This document shows, one piece after another, positions 1-10,231 of a stretch of 59,730 nucleotides of DNA. The position numbers and the translations under genes were made by a program. Source of the DNA: Atribacterota bacterium (lineage in GTDB: Bacteria > Atribacterota > Phoenicimicrobiia > Phoenicimicrobiales > Phoenicimicrobiaceae); assembly GCA_030605615.1 (NCBI GenBank), contig JAUWHZ010000020.1, positions 1 through 59,730 of the forward strand, read 5' to 3'. Each line of letters begins with the position of its first letter. The stretch's first letter is position 1. A model generated the notes under the pieces. That model was not told the origin of the DNA. It made no database searches and saw only the letters and a list, made by a program, of their open reading frames with translations.

Positions 1-162
1 CCCGATGAGGGTGTATATAATAAAAAAGAAAGAGTAATTAAAGAGTTAGAATATGCAGATAGTATTTATAAAAAAATCGGATGTCCGATAATTAATGTAA
101 CCAACATGGCCATAGAAGACATTGCCACAAATATACTTAAAATTATCAAGGAGGAAAAATGA
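1..162 (+). CDS. C-terminal fragment (53 aa) of pyruvate,phosphate dikinase regulatory protein (PDRP/PpsR, DUF299 family); 5' end lies outside the window
   Basis: Frame +1 is open from base 1: PDEGVYNKKERVIKELEYADSIYKKIGCPIINVTNMAIEDIATNILKIIKEEK*. The tail GCPIINVTN.AIE..A..IL resembles the conserved PpsR/PDRP C-terminus. Stop TGA 160-162 overlaps the ppdK ATG 159-161 (ATGA junction). Absent from the ORF track because it is under 60 aa. Confidence 0.6.
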   Translation, partial: PDEGVYNKKERVIKELEYADSIYKKIGCPIINVTNMAIEDIATNILKIIKEEK

Positions 163-2807
163 GTATGAAGAAATATGTCTATTTTTTTGATGAAGGAAAA
201 GGAGATATGAAATCCATTTTAGGAGGAAAGGGTGCTGGTCTGGCAGAAATGACCAGAATAGGCCTTCCCGTTCCTCAGGGATTTACTCTAACTACAGAAG
301 TATGTGTTGAATATTATAAAAATGATAAAAAATATCCTCAAGGATTAGAGGAGCAGATAGAGGAAAATTTAAAGAAGTTAGAACAGGTATCTAAAAAAGC
401 ATTTGGAGATTCCCAAAATCCTTTGTTAGTCTCAGTTCGTTCCGGAGCGGCTATTTCTATGCCTGGAATGATGGATACAGTTTTAAATCTTGGTTTAAAT
501 GATATTACCATTCAGGGAATTATTAAGAAGACCAATAATGAACGATTTGCCTTTGATAGTTATAGAAGGTTCATACAGATGTTTGGCAATGTAGTATTAG
601 GAGTTGAACATGATAAATTTGAACACCTATTAGCGGAGACCAAAAAAGAACTTGGTGTAAAATTAGATACTGAAATTAATACTGAAGGTTTAAAAAGCTT
701 GGTAGAAAAATATAAAGACTTAGTTAAAAAAGAAACTGGTAAAGATTTTCCTCAAGAACCTAAAGTTCAATTAGAGATGGCTGTAGATGCTGTGTTTAAT
801 TCCTGGAACACTAAAAGGGCGGTAACTTATCGTAGGATTAATAAAATTTCCGGTGATTTGGGGACAGCAGTAAATGTTCAAGAGATGGTTTTTGGTAATA
901 TGGGAGAAGATTCAGGAACGGGGGTTGGATTTACCAGAAATCCTTCTACCGGAGAAAAAGAAGATTACGGAGAATATCTTCTGAATGCCCAGGGAGAAGA
1001 TGTGGTTGCAGGTATCAGAACACCTTTGCCTTTATCTAATCTCAAAAACGATTTACCTGAAGTATATGAAGAACTTATTAATATAGTTACACTTTTAGAA
1101 AAACATTATAGAGATGTTCAAGATTATGAATTTACCATAGAAAAAAGGAAACTTTACTTACTGCAGACCAGAGCAGGGAAAAGAACCGCCCAGGCTGCTC
1201 TTAAAATTGCTGTTGATATGGTAGAAGAAGGAATAATTACCAAAGAGGAAGCAATCCTAAGGATAGAACCAAATCAATTAAATCAACTTTTACATAGAAG
1301 AATAGATCCCAAGGCAACAGTGGAAGTAATTGCCAAAGGACTACCGGCTTCTCCGGGTGCTGCTTATGGAAAAGTGGTCTTTACCGCTGATGAAGCAGAG
1401 GAATTAGGAAAAGAAGGAGAAAGGGTAATATTGGTAAGAACAGAAACTACTCCTGATGACATCCATGGTATGGTAGAATCCCAGGGTGTCCTTACCAGCA
1501 GAGGAGGTATGACCAGTCATGCGGCAGTAGTGGCAAGAGGCATGGGGAAGGCCTGTGTAGCCGGTTGTAGTGTTTTAAATATTAATATAAAAAAAGAGAT
1601 TATTTCTGTTAGCGATTTAGTAATAAAAAAAGATGAATTTATTACAATAGATGGTGGAACCGGTGAAGTATTTTTGGGAAAAGTTCCTACTATTGAGCCA
1701 AAAATGAGTAAGGAATTTGAAACTCTATTATCTTGGGCTAACAAAATAAAACGTTTAGGTGTATATGCTAATGCCGATACACCGGAAGATGCCCAAAAGG
1801 CCAGAGAATTAGGGGCGGAAGGAATAGGACTTACTAGAACAGAGCATATGTTTATGGAACAAGATCGATTACCCATTGTACGAGAAATGATTATGGCTGA
1901 TACTAAAAAGAGTAGAGCAGAAGCCTTAAAAAAACTGTTACCTATGCAAAAGGGTGATTTTTTAGGTATTTTAAAAGTAATGGAAGGTTTACCGGTAATT
2001 ATTAGACTTCTTGATCCACCGCTTCATGAATTTTTACCTAATTTAGAAGATACTTTGATTGAGGTAAATACCCTAAGACTAAAAAATGCAAATCCTGACG
2101 AACTTGCAGAAAGAGAGGCGTTATTAGCAAAAATAAAGTCTTTACACGAAATGAATCCTATGTTAGGTCTTCGAGGGTGTAGATTAGGTTTATTGTATCC
2201 CGAAGTATATGAGATGCAAATAGAAGCGATAATTGAGGCAGCAATAGAATTAACCAAAAAAGGCATCAAGGTTAAGCCAGAAATAATGGTTCCTTTAATT
2301 AGCCATGCAAATGAATTTAAGCCAATATGCAAAAAGGCAAAAAAAATTGCTAATGAAAAGATAAAGTCTGCAGGAGTAAAATTGGAATATAAAGTGGGAA
2401 CCATGATTGAATTACCCCGGGCCGCTTTGACTGCTGATAAAATAGCAGAAGAAGCAGAATTCTTTTCTTTTGGTACCAATGATTTAACTCAAACAACTTT
2501 TGGAATAAGTCGTGATGATGCTGAAGGAAAATTTTTATTAAAATATGTAGAAGATAAAATTTTAGAAGAGAATCCCTTTGAAGTTTTAGACCGTGAAGGA
2601 GTAGGTAGATTAGTAGAATTAGGAACAAATTTGGGTCGAAAAATTCATCCTGATTTAGAAGTAGGTATTTGTGGAGAACATGGAGGAGAACCTCATTCAG
2701 TGGAATTTTGCCATTCTGTGGGCTTAAACTATGTGAGCTGTTCTCCTTTCAGGGTTCCTATTGCCCGATTAGCAGCTGCCCAGGCAGTATTAAAGGGAAA
2801 AAGATAA
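159..2807 (+). CDS. ppdK: pyruvate,phosphate dikinase
   Basis: 882 aa. ATP-grasp N-terminus (KSILGGKGAGLAEM), phosphohistidine motif GGMTSHAAVVARGMG, and PEP-utilizer C-terminal motifs FFSFGTNDLTQ and GICGEHGG. Confidence 0.97.
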   Translation: MSMKKYVYFFDEGKGDMKSILGGKGAGLAEMTRIGLPVPQGFTLTTEVCVEYYKNDKKYPQGLEEQIEENLKKLEQVSKKAFGDSQNPLLVSVRSGAAISMPGMMDTVLNLGLNDITIQGIIKKTNNERFAFDSYRRFIQMFGNVVLGVEHDKFEHLLAETKKELGVKLDTEINTEGLKSLVEKYKDLVKKETGKDFPQEPKVQLEMAVDAVFNSWNTKRAVTYRRINKISGDLGTAVNVQEMVFGNMGEDSGTGVGFTRNPSTGEKEDYGEYLLNAQGEDVVAGIRTPLPLSNLKNDLPEVYEELINIVTLLEKHYRDVQDYEFTIEKRKLYLLQTRAGKRTAQAALKIAVDMVEEGIITKEEAILRIEPNQLNQLLHRRIDPKATVEVIAKGLPASPGAAYGKVVFTADEAEELGKEGERVILVRTETTPDDIHGMVESQGVLTSRGGMTSHAAVVARGMGKACVAGCSVLNINIKKEIISVSDLVIKKDEFITIDGGTGEVFLGKVPTIEPKMSKEFETLLSWANKIKRLGVYANADTPEDAQKARELGAEGIGLTRTEHMFMEQDRLPIVREMIMADTKKSRAEALKKLLPMQKGDFLGILKVMEGLPVIIRLLDPPLHEFLPNLEDTLIEVNTLRLKNANPDELAEREALLAKIKSLHEMNPMLGLRGCRLGLLYPEVYEMQIEAIIEAAIELTKKGIKVKPEIMVPLISHANEFKPICKKAKKIANEKIKSAGVKLEYKVGTMIELPRAALTADKIAEEAEFFSFGTNDLTQTTFGISRDDAEGKFLLKYVEDKILEENPFEVLDREGVGRLVELGTNLGRKIHPDLEVGICGEHGGEPHSVEFCHSVGLNYVSCSPFRVPIARLAAAQAVLKGKR

Positions 2808-2902
2808 TCGAGGTCCAATAACTAATAGAATAGAAGAGATTGATTAATATGTTATTAGAAATTCAATAATATCAAAATACAAAATAGGAAGGATAATATA
2901 AC

Positions 2903-4867
2903 ATGAAAATTGAATTATTAGTTCCTCTTAGTGGTATTGTTTCATTAGTCTTTGCAATATTTTTGTCCATAAGAGTAATTAAAGAAAAACCGGGCAATAA
3001 AATAATGCAAGATATATCAAAAATGATTGAACAAGGAGCTATGACTTTTTTAAAAAGAGAATATAGTGTATTAGTCTTTTTTGTTATATTAGTTAGTTCA
3101 ATTTTAACTATAGTAAGAGGGCATATTACTGGTATAACTTTTATAGTAGGTGCTGTTTGTTCTGGTTTAGCTGGTTTTACAGGAATGAAGATAGCTACCA
3201 AAGCAAATACAAGGACTACCTTTGCTGCAGTCGAAGGAGGGGTAAGAAAAGCTTTAAGAGTTGCTTTTTCCGGCGGAGCAGTAATGGGTATGTCGGTAGC
3301 TGGATTTGGATTGTTAGGATTAGGCGGTTTATATTATCTAATTAGAGATCCCGAGATAATTAATGGATTTGCTTTAGGTGCAAGTTCTATCGCTTTATTT
3401 GCCAGGGTAGGTGGTGGAATATTTACTAAAGCAGCAGATGTTGGTGCTGATTTGGTAGGAAAGGTTGAAGCTGGTATACCAGAAGATGATCCTCGTAACC
3501 CGGCGGTTATTGCTGATAATGTAGGTGATAATGTAGGTGATATAGCGGGAATGGGCGCAGATTTATTCGAATCTTATGTAGGCTCAATTATTTCCAGTAT
3601 GATTTTGGGTGGATTATTATTCGAAGGAATAAAAGGAGTTATGTTCCCTCTATTATTAGCAGCCTGTGGGGCAATTTCTGCCATTATCGGTACTTTTTTT
3701 GTTCAAACAAAAAGTGAAAAAAATTTGCATAATGCTTTAACTAAAGGGACTTTAGTCAGTGGTTTCTTAGTGCTCATATGTTCCGGCTTTATATCTAATA
3801 CATTATTTGGAAGTTTAAATGTGTTTTATGCTACTACTGCGGGATTAATAGCTGGTATTTTAATTGGATTAATTACTGAATATTACACTTCATATCATTA
3901 CTCACCAGTGAAATCAATTTCTAAATCTTCTCTTACTGGTGCAGCAACCACTATCATTACCGGGTTAGCAGTAGGGATGATAAGTACTACTATTCCATTA
4001 ATTATAATTTCAGTTACCGTGCTAATAGCATATAAATTTGCAGGACTATATGGTATTGCTATTTCCGCAGTTGGGATGCTTTCCATTGTAGGGATGACAG
4101 TTTCGGTTGATTCTTATGGTCCAATTGCTGATAATTCTGGTGGGATTGCTGAAATGGCTGGACTGGATCCTAAAGTCCGGAAAATCACCGACTCATTAGA
4201 TGCGGTGGGAAATACTACTGCTGCTATCGGAAAAGGCTTTGCCATTGGTTCAGCGGCATTAACAGCCTTAGCCTTATTTTCAGCTTATTGTAAATCGGTG
4301 GGTTTAGAAACTATAAGTATTACCAATCCAATAGTTGTGGCAGGAATATTCATCGGAGGGGCTATACCTTATCTATTTTCAGCTTTAGCGATAAATGGAG
4401 TAGGAAAAACTGCATCCTTAATGATAGAAGAAGTTCGCCGGCAGTTTAAAGAAATACCTGGCTTAAAAGAGGGTAAAGCTAAACCCGATCCTGCTAAATG
4501 TGTTGATATTAGCACAAAAGGTGCATTAAAGGAAATGATTCTACCAGGTCTATTAACAATAGTATCTCCTATATTAGTAGGTATATTTCTTGGACCAGAA
4601 GCATTAGGAGGATTATTAATTGGAGCAGTATTAGTAGGGGTATTGTTGGCTATAATGATGGCTAATTCAGGAGGAGCATGGGATAATGCTAAAAAATATA
4701 TTGAAATGGGAAATTATGGAGGAAAGGGTACAAAAGTTCATGCAGCTGCAGTTATAGGAGATACAGTGGGCGATCCTCTTAAAGACACTGCTGGTCCTTC
4801 AATGAATATATTAATTAAAGTAATGTCTATAGTAGCCTTAGTTTTTGCTCCTTTATTTATTAGATAA
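2903..4867 (+). CDS. hppA: membrane-bound ion-translocating pyrophosphatase (K+-dependent signature)
   Basis: 654 aa and polytopic. Motifs [46 protein letters not shown] and [11 protein letters not shown]. Confidence 0.95.
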   Translation: MKIELLVPLSGIVSLVFAIFLSIRVIKEKPGNKIMQDISKMIEQGAMTFLKREYSVLVFFVILVSSILTIVRGHITGITFIVGAVCSGLAGFTGMKIATKANTRTTFAAVEGGVRKALRVAFSGGAVMGMSVAGFGLLGLGGLYYLIRDPEIINGFALGASSIALFARVGGGIFTKAADVGADLVGKVEAGIPEDDPRNPAVIADNVGDNVGDIAGMGADLFESYVGSIISSMILGGLLFEGIKGVMFPLLLAACGAISAIIGTFFVQTKSEKNLHNALTKGTLVSGFLVLICSGFISNTLFGSLNVFYATTAGLIAGILIGLITEYYTSYHYSPVKSISKSSLTGAATTIITGLAVGMISTTIPLIIISVTVLIAYKFAGLYGIAISAVGMLSIVGMTVSVDSYGPIADNSGGIAEMAGLDPKVRKITDSLDAVGNTTAAIGKGFAIGSAALTALALFSAYCKSVGLETISITNPIVVAGIFIGGAIPYLFSALAINGVGKTASLMIEEVRRQFKEIPGLKEGKAKPDPAKCVDISTKGALKEMILPGLLTIVSPILVGIFLGPEALGGLLIGAVLVGVLLAIMMANSGGAWDNAKKYIEMGNYGGKGTKVHAAAVIGDTVGDPLKDTAGPSMNILIKVMSIVALVFAPLFIR

Positions 4868-4928
4868 TTTTTTAAATCTGTATTCTCTAACAAAGCTAAT
4901 TCCTTAAATAACTCAGGGTAAATATACT

Positions 4929-6119
4929 ATGGTTAAAAAAGTTAATCGGGTTATATTGATAATTTTAGATAGCGTAGGAATAGGGGAATTGCCTGATGCA
5001 GATGTATATAACGATAGAGGGAGTAATACCCTGGTAAATACTGCTCAAGCAGTAGGAGGTCTAAGGCTTCCTAATTTAGAAAAATTAGGATTAGGTAATA
5101 TTGATCGAATAAAGGGAGTAAGAGAATATAAAGATTGTTTTGCTTCTTATGGAAAAATGGCAGAGAAATCTCCCGGGAAAGATACTACTATTGGTCACTG
5201 GGAAATTGCGGGAATTATTTCAGATAAACCATTTCCCACTTATCCTCAAGGTTTTCCTGATGAGGTTATATTACCTTTTCAAAAAGCTATTGGAAAAAAA
5301 GTTTTAGGTAATAGACCAGCTTCTGGAACAGTTATAATTGAAGAACTTGGGAAAGAACATATTGAGACTGGATATCCCATCGTATATACCTCTGCAGATA
5401 GTGTCTTTCAAATAGCAGCTCATGAAAAAATTATTCCCTTGCCCAGCTTATATAAAATGTGTAAACAAGCAAGGGAAATTCTACAAGGAGAACATACGGT
5501 TGCGAGGGTTATTGCCCGACCTTTCATTGGTCAGCCCGGAGCTTTTATAAGGACTTCTAATCGAAAAGATTTTTCATTACCCCCACCTCAAAAGACTATA
5601 TTAGACTTTGCTGTTCAATCTGGGTTTGAAGTGATAGGTATTGGAAAAATTAATGATATATTTGCTGGTCAAGGTATTACTAAAGACATTCACGCTAAAA
5701 ATAATAAAGAAGTAGTTAATCAAATAATTAAATTTACTAAGCACAATCATTTAGAAAAGAGTATAATATTTTCTAACTTAGTTGATTTTGATATGTTATA
5801 TGGTCATCGAAATAATGTAAAAGGATATGCAAAAGCCCTTGAAGATTTTGATTCCAGATTACCTGAAATAGTAAAAAATTTAAAAAATACTGACATTCTA
5901 ATAATTACTGCTGATCACGGCTGTGATCCTACTACTCCCAGTACTGATCATTCAAGAGAATATGTACCTCTATTGATATATGGAAATGCCATAAAACCAG
6001 CCATTAATCTAGGCACCTTAAATAGTTTTGCCGATTTGGGGGCTACCATCTCAGATATTTTAAATATTAATCATACTAATTGGGGGAAGAGTTTTAAAAA
6101 TCTAATATTTAAATCTTAA
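4929..6119 (+). CDS. deoB: phosphopentomutase
   Basis: 396 aa. N-terminal [13 protein letters not shown] and the [10 protein letters not shown] metal-site motif are typical of DeoB. Sits next to a nucleoside phosphorylase gene. Confidence 0.93.
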   Translation: MVKKVNRVILIILDSVGIGELPDADVYNDRGSNTLVNTAQAVGGLRLPNLEKLGLGNIDRIKGVREYKDCFASYGKMAEKSPGKDTTIGHWEIAGIISDKPFPTYPQGFPDEVILPFQKAIGKKVLGNRPASGTVIIEELGKEHIETGYPIVYTSADSVFQIAAHEKIIPLPSLYKMCKQAREILQGEHTVARVIARPFIGQPGAFIRTSNRKDFSLPPPQKTILDFAVQSGFEVIGIGKINDIFAGQGITKDIHAKNNKEVVNQIIKFTKHNHLEKSIIFSNLVDFDMLYGHRNNVKGYAKALEDFDSRLPEIVKNLKNTDILIITADHGCDPTTPSTDHSREYVPLLIYGNAIKPAINLGTLNSFADLGATISDILNINHTNWGKSFKNLIFKS

Positions 6120-6154
6120 GGAAGAAAAAAAGGTTAAATAAGGAGAAAATATAA

Positions 6155-7483
6155 TTGAGGTTTTGCGATTTAATTGTTAAAAAGAGAAATGGTCAGAAAT
6201 TAAGCGAAGAAGAGATAAAATCTATGATTAAGGAGTTCATTGAAGGGAAAATTCCTGATTATCAGATGTCTGCTATGTTAATGAGTATCTTCTTTACGGG
6301 TATGAGCAATAATGAAATAAAGTATTTAACTATGGCTATGGTAAATTCAGGTAAAATTATTAACCTTAGCTCTATACCTGGTATAAAAGTAGATAAACAT
6401 AGTACTGGTGGAGTAGGAGATACTACTACCATCGCTTTGGCACCAATGGTGGCTGCAGCAGGGGTCCCTGTTGCCAAGATGTCAGGACGTGGCTTAGGTC
6501 ATACAGGTGGTACAATTGATAAGTTAGAATCAATCGAGGGATTTAAAACAGAATTAAGTATAGATAAGTTTATAAAAATTGTCAGAGAAGTTGGAATATC
6601 AATTATCAGTCCCACGTCCGATTTGGCTCCTGCAGATAAAAAATTATACGCACTAAGAGATGTAACTGGAACAATAGAAAGTATTCCTTTAATTGTAGGC
6701 AGTATTATGAGTAAAAAAATTGCAGCAGGTGCCGATGCAATTGTTTTAGATGTAACTACTGGAAGTGGGGCTTTTATGAAGGAGTATAAAGATGCCTTGA
6801 AATTAGGAAAAATTATGGTAGATATTGGATTAGAATTGGAGAAAGAGATTGTAGCAATAGTTTCAAATATGGATGAACCATTAGGTTTTGCCATAGGCAA
6901 TTCATTAGAAGTTAAAGAGGCTATTGAAGTATTAAAAAACAGAGGACCAGAAGATTTACGTAACCTTTGTCTTGAGCTTGGTTCTTATATGTTAAAATTA
7001 GGTGGAGTAGTTAAAACTCCTGAAGAGGGAAGGAATAAATTGATAAAAATTATTGAAGAAGGTAAGGCATTTAATAAATTTAAAGAGATAGTAATGGCTC
7101 AAGGAGGAAATCTTCGAGTAATTGAAAATCCAGAATTATTACCATTAGCTAAGTATTGCCTTAAAATTAAAGCTGATAAAAGTGGATATATACAAAAGAT
7201 AGATTCTCAATTAATTGGAGAAAGTGCTATGATTTTGGGAGCAGGTAGAGAAAAAAAAGAATCAGAAATAGATTTATCGGTTGGGATTGTTCTAAAAAAG
7301 AAAGTAGGTTGTAAGGTTGGTACTGGTGAAGACTTAGCTGAGATCTATTATAATAATTCAAAAAAATTAAAAGAAGCAAAGAAAAAATTATTATCTTCAT
7401 TTACTATAAGTAATAAAAAACCAAAAAAATCGCCATTGATTTTAGCTACTATAAGCGGACAAGGCATTAAAGAGTTTTTATAA
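6155..7483 (+). CDS. pdp: pyrimidine-nucleoside (thymidine) phosphorylase
   Basis: 442 aa. TTG start with AGGAG 10 nt upstream. Motifs DKHSTGGVGD and SGRGLGHTGGTIDKLE. Confidence 0.93.
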   Translation: MRFCDLIVKKRNGQKLSEEEIKSMIKEFIEGKIPDYQMSAMLMSIFFTGMSNNEIKYLTMAMVNSGKIINLSSIPGIKVDKHSTGGVGDTTTIALAPMVAAAGVPVAKMSGRGLGHTGGTIDKLESIEGFKTELSIDKFIKIVREVGISIISPTSDLAPADKKLYALRDVTGTIESIPLIVGSIMSKKIAAGADAIVLDVTTGSGAFMKEYKDALKLGKIMVDIGLELEKEIVAIVSNMDEPLGFAIGNSLEVKEAIEVLKNRGPEDLRNLCLELGSYMLKLGGVVKTPEEGRNKLIKIIEEGKAFNKFKEIVMAQGGNLRVIENPELLPLAKYCLKIKADKSGYIQKIDSQLIGESAMILGAGREKKESEIDLSVGIVLKKKVGCKVGTGEDLAEIYYNNSKKLKEAKKKLLSSFTISNKKPKKSPLILATISGQGIKEFL

Positions 7484-7487
7484 GAAG

Positions 7488-7515
7488 TATCGCGTATTGA
7501 GTATCGCGTTTATTT
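7488..7515 (+). repeat. heptamer array A (TATCGCG TATTGAG TATCGCG TTTATTT)
   Basis: Read directly. Lies in the pdp / DHH-CBS-NTase spacer and also forms a 14-bp direct repeat GTATCGCGT(A/T)T(T/A)(G/T)(A/T) at 7487-7514. Confidence 0.7.
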
Positions 7516-7529
7516 CCCCCTCACCCTAA

Positions 7530-7553
7530 CCCTCTCCCGCCGAGGGGAGAGGG
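7530..7553 (+). promoter_or_regulatory. GC-rich hairpin whose 3' arm contains the SD of the downstream gene
   Basis: CCCTCTCCC (7530-7538) pairs with GGGAGAGGG (7545-7553); loop GCCGAG. GGAG at 7546-7549 is 8 nt from ATG 7558. Preceded by the C-rich tract TTCCCCCTCACCCTAA. Confidence 0.6.
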
Positions 7554-7557
7554 AATA

Positions 7558-10227
7558 ATGATAAAATTTAAAAAAGAGGTTAAATTGTTGGAAGTAATTA
7601 TTAGTCACCAAAGTACTGATTTTGACTCTTTAGCTTCTATGGTAGCAGCAAAGAAGATATATAAAGATGCTCTATTAGTATTTCCCGGTGCAGTGGAGAG
7701 AAATGTTAGGAAATTCGTATCAATATATGGAGATATGATAGAAGTAACTCCTCTTAAAAATATGAAAATGCAAGACATTACTAAATTAATAATAGTTGAT
7801 ACTCGAATAAGAAGACGAATCGGTTCATTTGCCAATATATTAAAAAAGAGAGATTTAGAAATTCATATTTACGACCATCACCCTGATACAGCAGATGATA
7901 TTAAGGGGAATCTTAATGTAATAGAAGAAGTAGGAGCAACCACTACTATACTTTTAAAAAAAATAAAAGTGATGAATTTAGAAATTACGCCAATTGAAGC
8001 GACTCTTTTTGCTTTAGGAATTTATGAAGATACTGGTTCTCTAACTTTTTCGACTACTACAGTTGAAGATATTAATAGTATTTCTTATTTATTTAATAAA
8101 GGTATAAAATTAAAAGTTGTTGCTAATTTTATGAATATAGGCTTAAGCTTAGCTCAAAAGAAATTATTGAATCAGTTACTTCTTTCTTCTCAGGAAATTT
8201 TTTGCAAGGGAGTATGTATTAATATTGCTAAAGCTGAAATTAAAAGTTATACAGAAGGATTAGCTCTTCTTACTCATAAGTTGATAGAAATTGAAAATAG
8301 TGATGTTTTTTTTACTTTAGTAAAAATGGGAGAGCGAATATACATAGTAGGAAGAAGCAGGACAAATTCTGTAGATGTAGACGAAATATTAAAAGAATTA
8401 GGTGGCGGTGGTCATTTTCAAGCAGCTTCAGCCGTTGTTAAAGATTTTACTTTAGATGAATTAGAGAAAAAGCTTTTTAAAGTTTTAGAACAAAAAATTA
8501 AATTAGGAATTGTGGCAAAAGGTATTATGTCTTCACCGGTTAAAACTGTCAACACTTCAACGTCTATAGAAGAGATGGAAAAAATTTTACTAAGATATGG
8601 ACATACAGGAGTCCCTGTTGTGGAGGAGGGAAAATTAAAGGGCATTATTACTATGCAGGAAGTAAATAGGGCCAAACGTCACGGATTTGGAAAAGAACCG
8701 GTGAGCAAATATATGTCTAATCAAATTATTAGTGTAAATCTAAATACTCCTTTAACCGAAATCCAGGAATTGATGATTAAATATGATATAGGAAGAATAT
8801 TAGTTATTGGTAAGGAGAAAAAATTAGTAGGAATAGTTACCAGAACCGATTTAATAAGGAATTTGTATGGCGAATATAATATTCCCAAAAGATCATTTTC
8901 AACTTATATTGAAAGTAAGAGCAAGATAGATAGAGAAAAACCAATAAACTTGATAAATAAGATATTTCCTAAAAGGATTCAAGATATTTTGAATAAAATT
9001 GGGGAAATAGGCGATAGATTGAATTTTCCAGTGTTTATGGTAGGAGGAGTGGTAAGAGATCTCTTTTTAGAAATTAAAAATCTTGATGTTGATGTTGTTG
9101 TTGAAGGAGATGGAATAAAATTTGCTCGTAATTTAAGTAAAGAATTGGGAGGAAGAATTAAGAGCCATGAAAAATTTAGTACAGCAGTGGTAATTTTACC
9201 AGATGGTTTTAAGATAGATATAGCAACTGCTCGTAGAGAATTCTATGAATATCCGGCTGCTCTTCCTCAGGTTGAGTTAAGTTCAATAAAAAAAGATTTA
9301 TATAGAAGAGATTTTACTATAAATGCAATGGCCATACAGTTAAATTGTAGAAATTTTGGAAAATTAATTGATTTCTTTGGAGGTCAGAAAGATTTGCAAT
9401 TGGGAATTATTAGAGTTCTATATAATTTAAGTTTCGTTGAAGACCCTGCACGTATTATAAGGGCAGTAAGATTTGAGCAACGATATAATTTTAAAATGGA
9501 TAAATCCACAGAAGATTTTCTTAAAAAAGCTATTGATGATAAATTGCTTTCAAGGTTAAGGAAAAAAAGAGTAGCAGAAGAATTAATGCTAATATTGAAA
9601 GAGGAAAATCCAGTAAAAGCCTTGAAAAGAATGCAAGAACTGGGAGCCTTGAAATATGTCCTTCCAGGGGTAGAATTAAATACGGATACAATTAAAAAAT
9701 TAAATAGGGCAAGGGAAAATTATAATTTTTGGGAAAGAAATATGTCTGAGGAAAAAATTGAGCTATGGTTAATATATTTTTTCTGTATAGTTGCTCAATT
9801 AGAAAAGAATAAAATACAGGGAATGTGTAAAAAGTTAATGTTTAAACAGAAGACCCTGGATAAAATAAATTATATCCATTTAAATTTAGATTCGATTACA
9901 GAATTTATCTCTCAAAAAAATAAGTTATTACCCAGTTCTATCTACACAAAATTAAAAGATGTACCAAATGAGATTTTATTCTTAGCGATGATGGAAAGCA
10001 AATCAGATAATTCAAAAGATAGGATAATTAGTTTTTTAAAAAATTATAAAAAAGAGAGTTTATATATTTCTGGAAAAGATCTAATAAAATTAAGCATTAA
10101 ACCTGGGCCTATTTATTCGCATATTTTAAGTAGATTACTTTATGCTCAATTAGATGGGGAGGTAAAAAATAAAGAAGATGAGATTAGATTTGTAAAAAAT
10201 TATTTAGAAGAAAGGGACAAACGATAA
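7558..10227 (+). CDS. fusion protein: DHH/DHHA1 phosphoesterase + tandem CBS + class-II nucleotidyltransferase (CCA-adding / poly(A) polymerase family)
   Basis: 889 aa. N-terminal DHH motifs (STDFDSLAS, YDHHPD, GGGGH). Two CBS repeats at about residues 320-440. C-terminal head/neck motifs GGVVRDLFL..DVDVVVEG, RRDFTINAMA and EDPARIIRAVRF. Confidence 0.85.
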   Translation: MIKFKKEVKLLEVIISHQSTDFDSLASMVAAKKIYKDALLVFPGAVERNVRKFVSIYGDMIEVTPLKNMKMQDITKLIIVDTRIRRRIGSFANILKKRDLEIHIYDHHPDTADDIKGNLNVIEEVGATTTILLKKIKVMNLEITPIEATLFALGIYEDTGSLTFSTTTVEDINSISYLFNKGIKLKVVANFMNIGLSLAQKKLLNQLLLSSQEIFCKGVCINIAKAEIKSYTEGLALLTHKLIEIENSDVFFTLVKMGERIYIVGRSRTNSVDVDEILKELGGGGHFQAASAVVKDFTLDELEKKLFKVLEQKIKLGIVAKGIMSSPVKTVNTSTSIEEMEKILLRYGHTGVPVVEEGKLKGIITMQEVNRAKRHGFGKEPVSKYMSNQIISVNLNTPLTEIQELMIKYDIGRILVIGKEKKLVGIVTRTDLIRNLYGEYNIPKRSFSTYIESKSKIDREKPINLINKIFPKRIQDILNKIGEIGDRLNFPVFMVGGVVRDLFLEIKNLDVDVVVEGDGIKFARNLSKELGGRIKSHEKFSTAVVILPDGFKIDIATARREFYEYPAALPQVELSSIKKDLYRRDFTINAMAIQLNCRNFGKLIDFFGGQKDLQLGIIRVLYNLSFVEDPARIIRAVRFEQRYNFKMDKSTEDFLKKAIDDKLLSRLRKKRVAEELMLILKEENPVKALKRMQELGALKYVLPGVELNTDTIKKLNRARENYNFWERNMSEEKIELWLIYFFCIVAQLEKNKIQGMCKKLMFKQKTLDKINYIHLNLDSITEFISQKNKLLPSSIYTKLKDVPNEILFLAMMESKSDNSKDRIISFLKNYKKESLYISGKDLIKLSIKPGPIYSHILSRLLYAQLDGEVKNKEDEIRFVKNYLEERDKR

Positions 10228-10231
10228 GTAG

